A DNA stretch of 63,950 bases, the filler included, from Neolecta irregularis DAH-3 (taxonomy: Eukaryota): NCBI GenBank assembly GCA_001929475.1. It is 16 parts of 16 records of this genome, joined end to end, with 100 filler letters (N's around TTAATTAATTAA, not from the genome) between each part and the next. Parts side by side here need not be neighbours in the genome. Positions count along the whole stretch, not along the records: positions 62,728 to 63,950 come from LXFE01001253.1; 15 more parts are not named here. One strand, written 5' to 3'. The notes below the pieces were generated by a model. The model saw nothing but the letters and a program-made list of their open reading frames with translations. It was not told where the DNA came from and ran no database searches. A program made the position numbers and the translations under genes. Positions 62,927-63,950 of this stretch are shown here, in pieces; within the stretch, counting starts at the first letter, position 1; each line of letters starts with the position of its first letter.

Positions 62927-63243
62927 AACCGAGTCTCATTTGTACTTCAGCGATCACTTCTACAATATACGTATACTCCACAACAAGTTGCATTCATAAT
63001 TGCATCATTCCTATTACCAGTGTCTGGGTATCTTATCAATATCCATCTACAGGATGGCAGAATGGGGGAAATAGGCAATACTTATTAAACCAAAAATACA
63101 TTGAATTACAATTGTCTGTTGAACTACATCCTTGATCAGTGGCATTAACTCTCAGTAATGAAATTGAAATCAACATCGCCTGTCATGACCTTCCTATCCT
63201 TTTCAAACAGTTGACTTTTGCGACTAGAACATCAGATAACTTG

Positions 63244-63606
63244 TTAAATCCCAACTTCATACTCAAATACTGACTCCAGTGTACATTTCTGTTGGAAAAC
63301 ATGGTCCAAAGGCATTACATAGTTGATCTTCGATGATTTTTTATTAAACAGGTAGCACCTGTGATCACTGCCAACCTCATTTGCTGAAAAGAAAGAACGG
63401 CAGCTCGGTGATTTGAGGCATAGTTCAGCACAATCTCTTCTCGCACCATGTGTGTTCCCGTGGGTGTAACCAGGAACCATACCATGTTGCAAGTAAGCGC
63501 AATCTGTCTCCCAGACATTAGGCGCTCGAGCATCTTCGAACTGGTCGAGAGGGTGTCCAAAGGAAAGCTTTCCGCACAGGGTGATGACAAACAAAATCGA
63601 CAACAT
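63244..63606 (-). CDS. Small secreted Cys-rich PAN/Apple-domain protein (120 aa)
   Basis: Signal peptide MLSILFVITLCGKLSFG; DCAELCLKSPSCRSF..HRCYLFN. Confidence 0.75.
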   Translation of the reverse strand: MLSILFVITLCGKLSFGHPLDQFEDARAPNVWETDCAYLQHGMVPGYTHGNTHGARRDCAELCLKSPSCRSFFSANEVGSDHRCYLFNKKSSKINYVMPLDHVFQQKCTLESVFEYEVGI

Positions 63607-63677
63607 GGGTGATAAGTTGGAAAAGATTTAGGGCGGGCGCCTCATGGTTAAATAATTATTTAAAATACGGAAAGGGG

Positions 63678-63820
63678 AAATGGCTGACTCATTTTCAACA
63701 TGAATATGCCGGATGGGTGGCAAGAAAATACTATTAGGCTGAATCTGGATAGGAAATGTCCGGATTCTGAGAGTGATCAGTATGGAAAGAGCAAATGGCT
63801 GACTCGTTTTCAACATGAAT
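63678..63820. promoter_or_regulatory. Duplicated 28-bp module AAATGGCTGACTC(A/G)TTTTCAACATGAAT upstream of the PAN gene
   Basis: Copies at 63678-63705 and 63793-63820; the first contains TGACTCA (Gcn4/AP-1 consensus). Confidence 0.4.
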
Positions 63821-63884
63821 GCTTCCGAATGCGGGATCGGTGCAGGTCGTTGTCTGTACGGAGAGACAAGTTGTAGCTTTGTGG

Positions 63885-63950
63885 AGAGACATGTTGTAGT
63901 CTGTGCAGAGACATGTTGTAGTCTGTGCAGAGACATGTTGTAGTCTGTGC
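63885..63950. repeat. 22-bp tandem repeat (AGAGACATGTTGTAGTCTGTGC) x3
   Basis: Direct inspection; no spacers. Confidence 0.85.

Overview
Eukaryotic (fungal, ascomycete) draft-genome sequence with very short introns (~35-45 nt). Gene content (Ypt4/Rab4, Rpp40, exportin-4) and intron style suggest an early-diverging ascomycete (Taphrinomycotina, possibly Neolecta-like); this is inference only. The window is a concatenation of about 19 contigs joined by an artificial N..TTAATTAATTAA..N linker, so adjacency across linkers has no biological meaning. Gene-dense contigs carry housekeeping genes: MFS, Ybt1-like ABCC transporter, XPO4, VPS16, Rab4, RPP40, RTR1, PEX3, SEN34, EXPERA, an Mbp1/Res-type factor, EAF7, a Ctk2-type cyclin and MRPL3. 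TE-rich contigs carry a decayed Ty3/gypsy element, hAT elements, LTR ends, purine/pyrimidine-skewed repeats and orphan secreted proteins. Highlights: (1) a composite hAT region containing an internally deleted Argonaute (N+PAZ) gene fragment; (2) a GPI-anchored hevein + CE4 'chitin deacetylase' that has lost all three metal ligands (probable pseudoenzyme); (3) a head-to-head GT2 synthase / UDP-HexNAc-type dehydrogenase pair; (4) a secreted PAN/Apple-like protein spliced to an unknown domain that has a paralog elsewhere in the window; (5) GC-AG introns and one apparent GA-AG intron; (6) CpG-depleted, C-to-T-mutated repeats.
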